Below, one piece after another: positions 62,562 to 64,000 of a stretch of 64,000 nt of DNA. Source of the DNA: Selaginella moellendorffii (taxonomy: Eukaryota > Plantae > Lycopodiophyta); the NCBI RefSeq assembly GCF_000143415.4, contig NW_003314379.1:372001-436000 (forward strand), given 5' to 3'. The notes under the pieces are model-generated. The model ran no database searches. It was not told the DNA's origin and saw nothing but the letters and a program-made list of their open reading frames with translations. How positions within the stretch are numbered: the stretch's first letter is position 1; each line of letters begins with the position of its first letter. Position numbers and translations under genes: made by a program.

Positions 62562-62882
62562 TGCCCAGGGGGCCGAGGTTATTCAAATAACCTTGGCCCC
62601 CTGGGCAGCCAAAGTGCCCGAGGTGGCTGGCCCAAGCTCGACCTTGGGCAGTTTGGCCACCCGAGGGGCCGAGGTTATTTGAATAACCTTGGCCCCTTGG
62701 CTGGCAAAACTGCCCGAGGTGGCCGGCCCACGCTGGACCTTCAAATAACCTCGGCCCCTCGGCCCTCAAAACTGCCCGAGGTGGCCGGCCCGCGTTGGAC
62801 CTCGGGCAGTTTTGCGGGCCGAGAGGCTAAGGTTATTCAAATAACCTTGGCCCCTCAGCCCACAAAACTGCCCGAGGTCGGC
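62562..62882. repeat. Array of GC-rich palindromes, core GGGGCCRAGGTTATTYRAATAACCTYGGCCCC
   Basis: 46-bp near-perfect palindrome at 62,562-62,607; further copies at 62,661-62,700 and ~62,822-62,857; half copy at ~62,740; interleaved AAACTGCCCGAGGT units. Confidence 0.9.
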
Positions 62883-63001
62883 CCTAAAGAAGCAATCAAG
62901 AAAGAAGCAAGAGGAAAAAAATGGAAGTGGAAGTAATCAAATTGAAACTCACCCTTAGTGGCATCTTTCCTTCCCGATTTCTTGATCATGTTGGATTTCT
63001 T

Positions 63002-63236
63002 GTGCGCTCAATCTCTCCCGCTTGCGCGCTTAATCTCTCCCGCTCAGACGCTCAATCTCTCCCGCTCGCGCGCTTAATCTCTCTCGCTCATGCGCTCAAT
63101 CTCTCCTGCTTGCGCTCTCAATCTCTCCCGCTCGTGCGCTCAATCTCTCCATCTCTTGCGTGCTCAATCCCTCGATCTCCTTCGTGCTCAATCCCTCGAT
63201 CTCCTTCGTGTTCAATCTCTCGATCTCTCGTGCGCT
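63002..63236. repeat. Tandem ~22-bp repeat GCGCTCAATCTCTCCCGCTCGT
   Basis: About 10 degenerate units. Confidence 0.85.
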
Positions 63237-64000
63237 CCACTCACAGTGCGAACAGTAACCTAATCTTGGCAGCTACCCTAACCCTAATCCTGACGGCTGC
63301 CCTAACCCTAATCAATCTCTCATCCTGGTCGTTCATTCCAAATAACCTAAATCTCAACCATCACAATATCTTTGATCTTATTTTATCTTATCATTATTAT
63401 TATATGTAAATTATGCTTCTTTATTTTGTATATTTTAATGATGATATAACTAGCACCTATCAACATTTCTGTTATTAGAGATATCATATTATATTTTATA
63501 AATTATCTAGAAAGAATGCATTCTCATCAATATTTTGTACATATTTTGGAATCGTTACAAGAACTTTAAAGAGTATAAATAAGGCACATTAAAATATGTT
63601 GTACTATATCCATCTATGAATGGATGAATCCTCATCCAGTAATTTATTTTGTGTTGTATTAGATCTTAAATAATAGGCATGTGCTTTAAATGTCATTGAG
63701 CAATGTTCACAATTATGGATAAAACTTGAGTTGTACTACGAATCAAATCTGTCAGTGAAGAATAAGATTTGACAAGATTTATTATCAAGATTTATTATCA
63801 TCTACCACTTAAAATTTGACAACTTGACATATCACACGTACTGACAGTCAAATTGAATCTCTTTTCTTGACACGCTATAGCAGAATGTCATTACTGATAT
63901 CATTATTAACTATCAAACTTCACATGCTGAAAATCCTTCCTTGGATCTATGTGTATACATGCATCAAACATCATAATAGATGACAGTAATATTAATACTG

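Noticed and set aside
56200-64000. Defined termini for the second ParB-MTase element
   Set aside because: No TIR pair, TSD or transposase found within the window; the element probably extends beyond 64,000

Overview
Eukaryotic, plant nuclear DNA. The ~50-bp GT-AG introns, plant-type gene families and plant telomere repeat suggest a compact-genome non-seed plant such as Selaginella (inference only). Four zones. (1) 1-5.5 kb: a minisatellite, a 5S-rRNA-bearing Cassandra-type TRIM and Ty3/Gypsy remnants. (2) ~4-38 kb plus 51.4-51.9 kb: a giant, internally scrambled inverted duplication of a gene cluster with an F-box/kelch gene, PPR remnants, FAN1 nuclease and a GH19 chitinase, plus GDSL-lipase and TTC38 fragments. 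(3) 38,179-51,386: a complete 13.2-kb DNA transposon with perfect 24-bp TIRs and a TSD; its empty site is visible in the other arm. It carries a Sola1-like DDD transposase and a divergent ~11-exon gene encoding a ParB/Srx-like domain, a degenerate DNA-methyltransferase-like fold and a HAD/FCP1-like phosphatase. It is studded with ~25 copies of a 24-bp palindrome (AATGGCRTGWGGCCWCAYGCCATT), mostly in introns and spacers. (4) 56.5-64 kb: a second, related unit with a homologous small ORF, a nested Cassandra TRIM, and a ParB-like + beta-class N6/N4-methyltransferase-like gene next to its own, different palindrome array. Best candidate for an undescribed system: a plant transposon ParB/MTase-like protein paired with parS-like palindromic sites. 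All domain calls are from motif recognition by eye; no searches were run.
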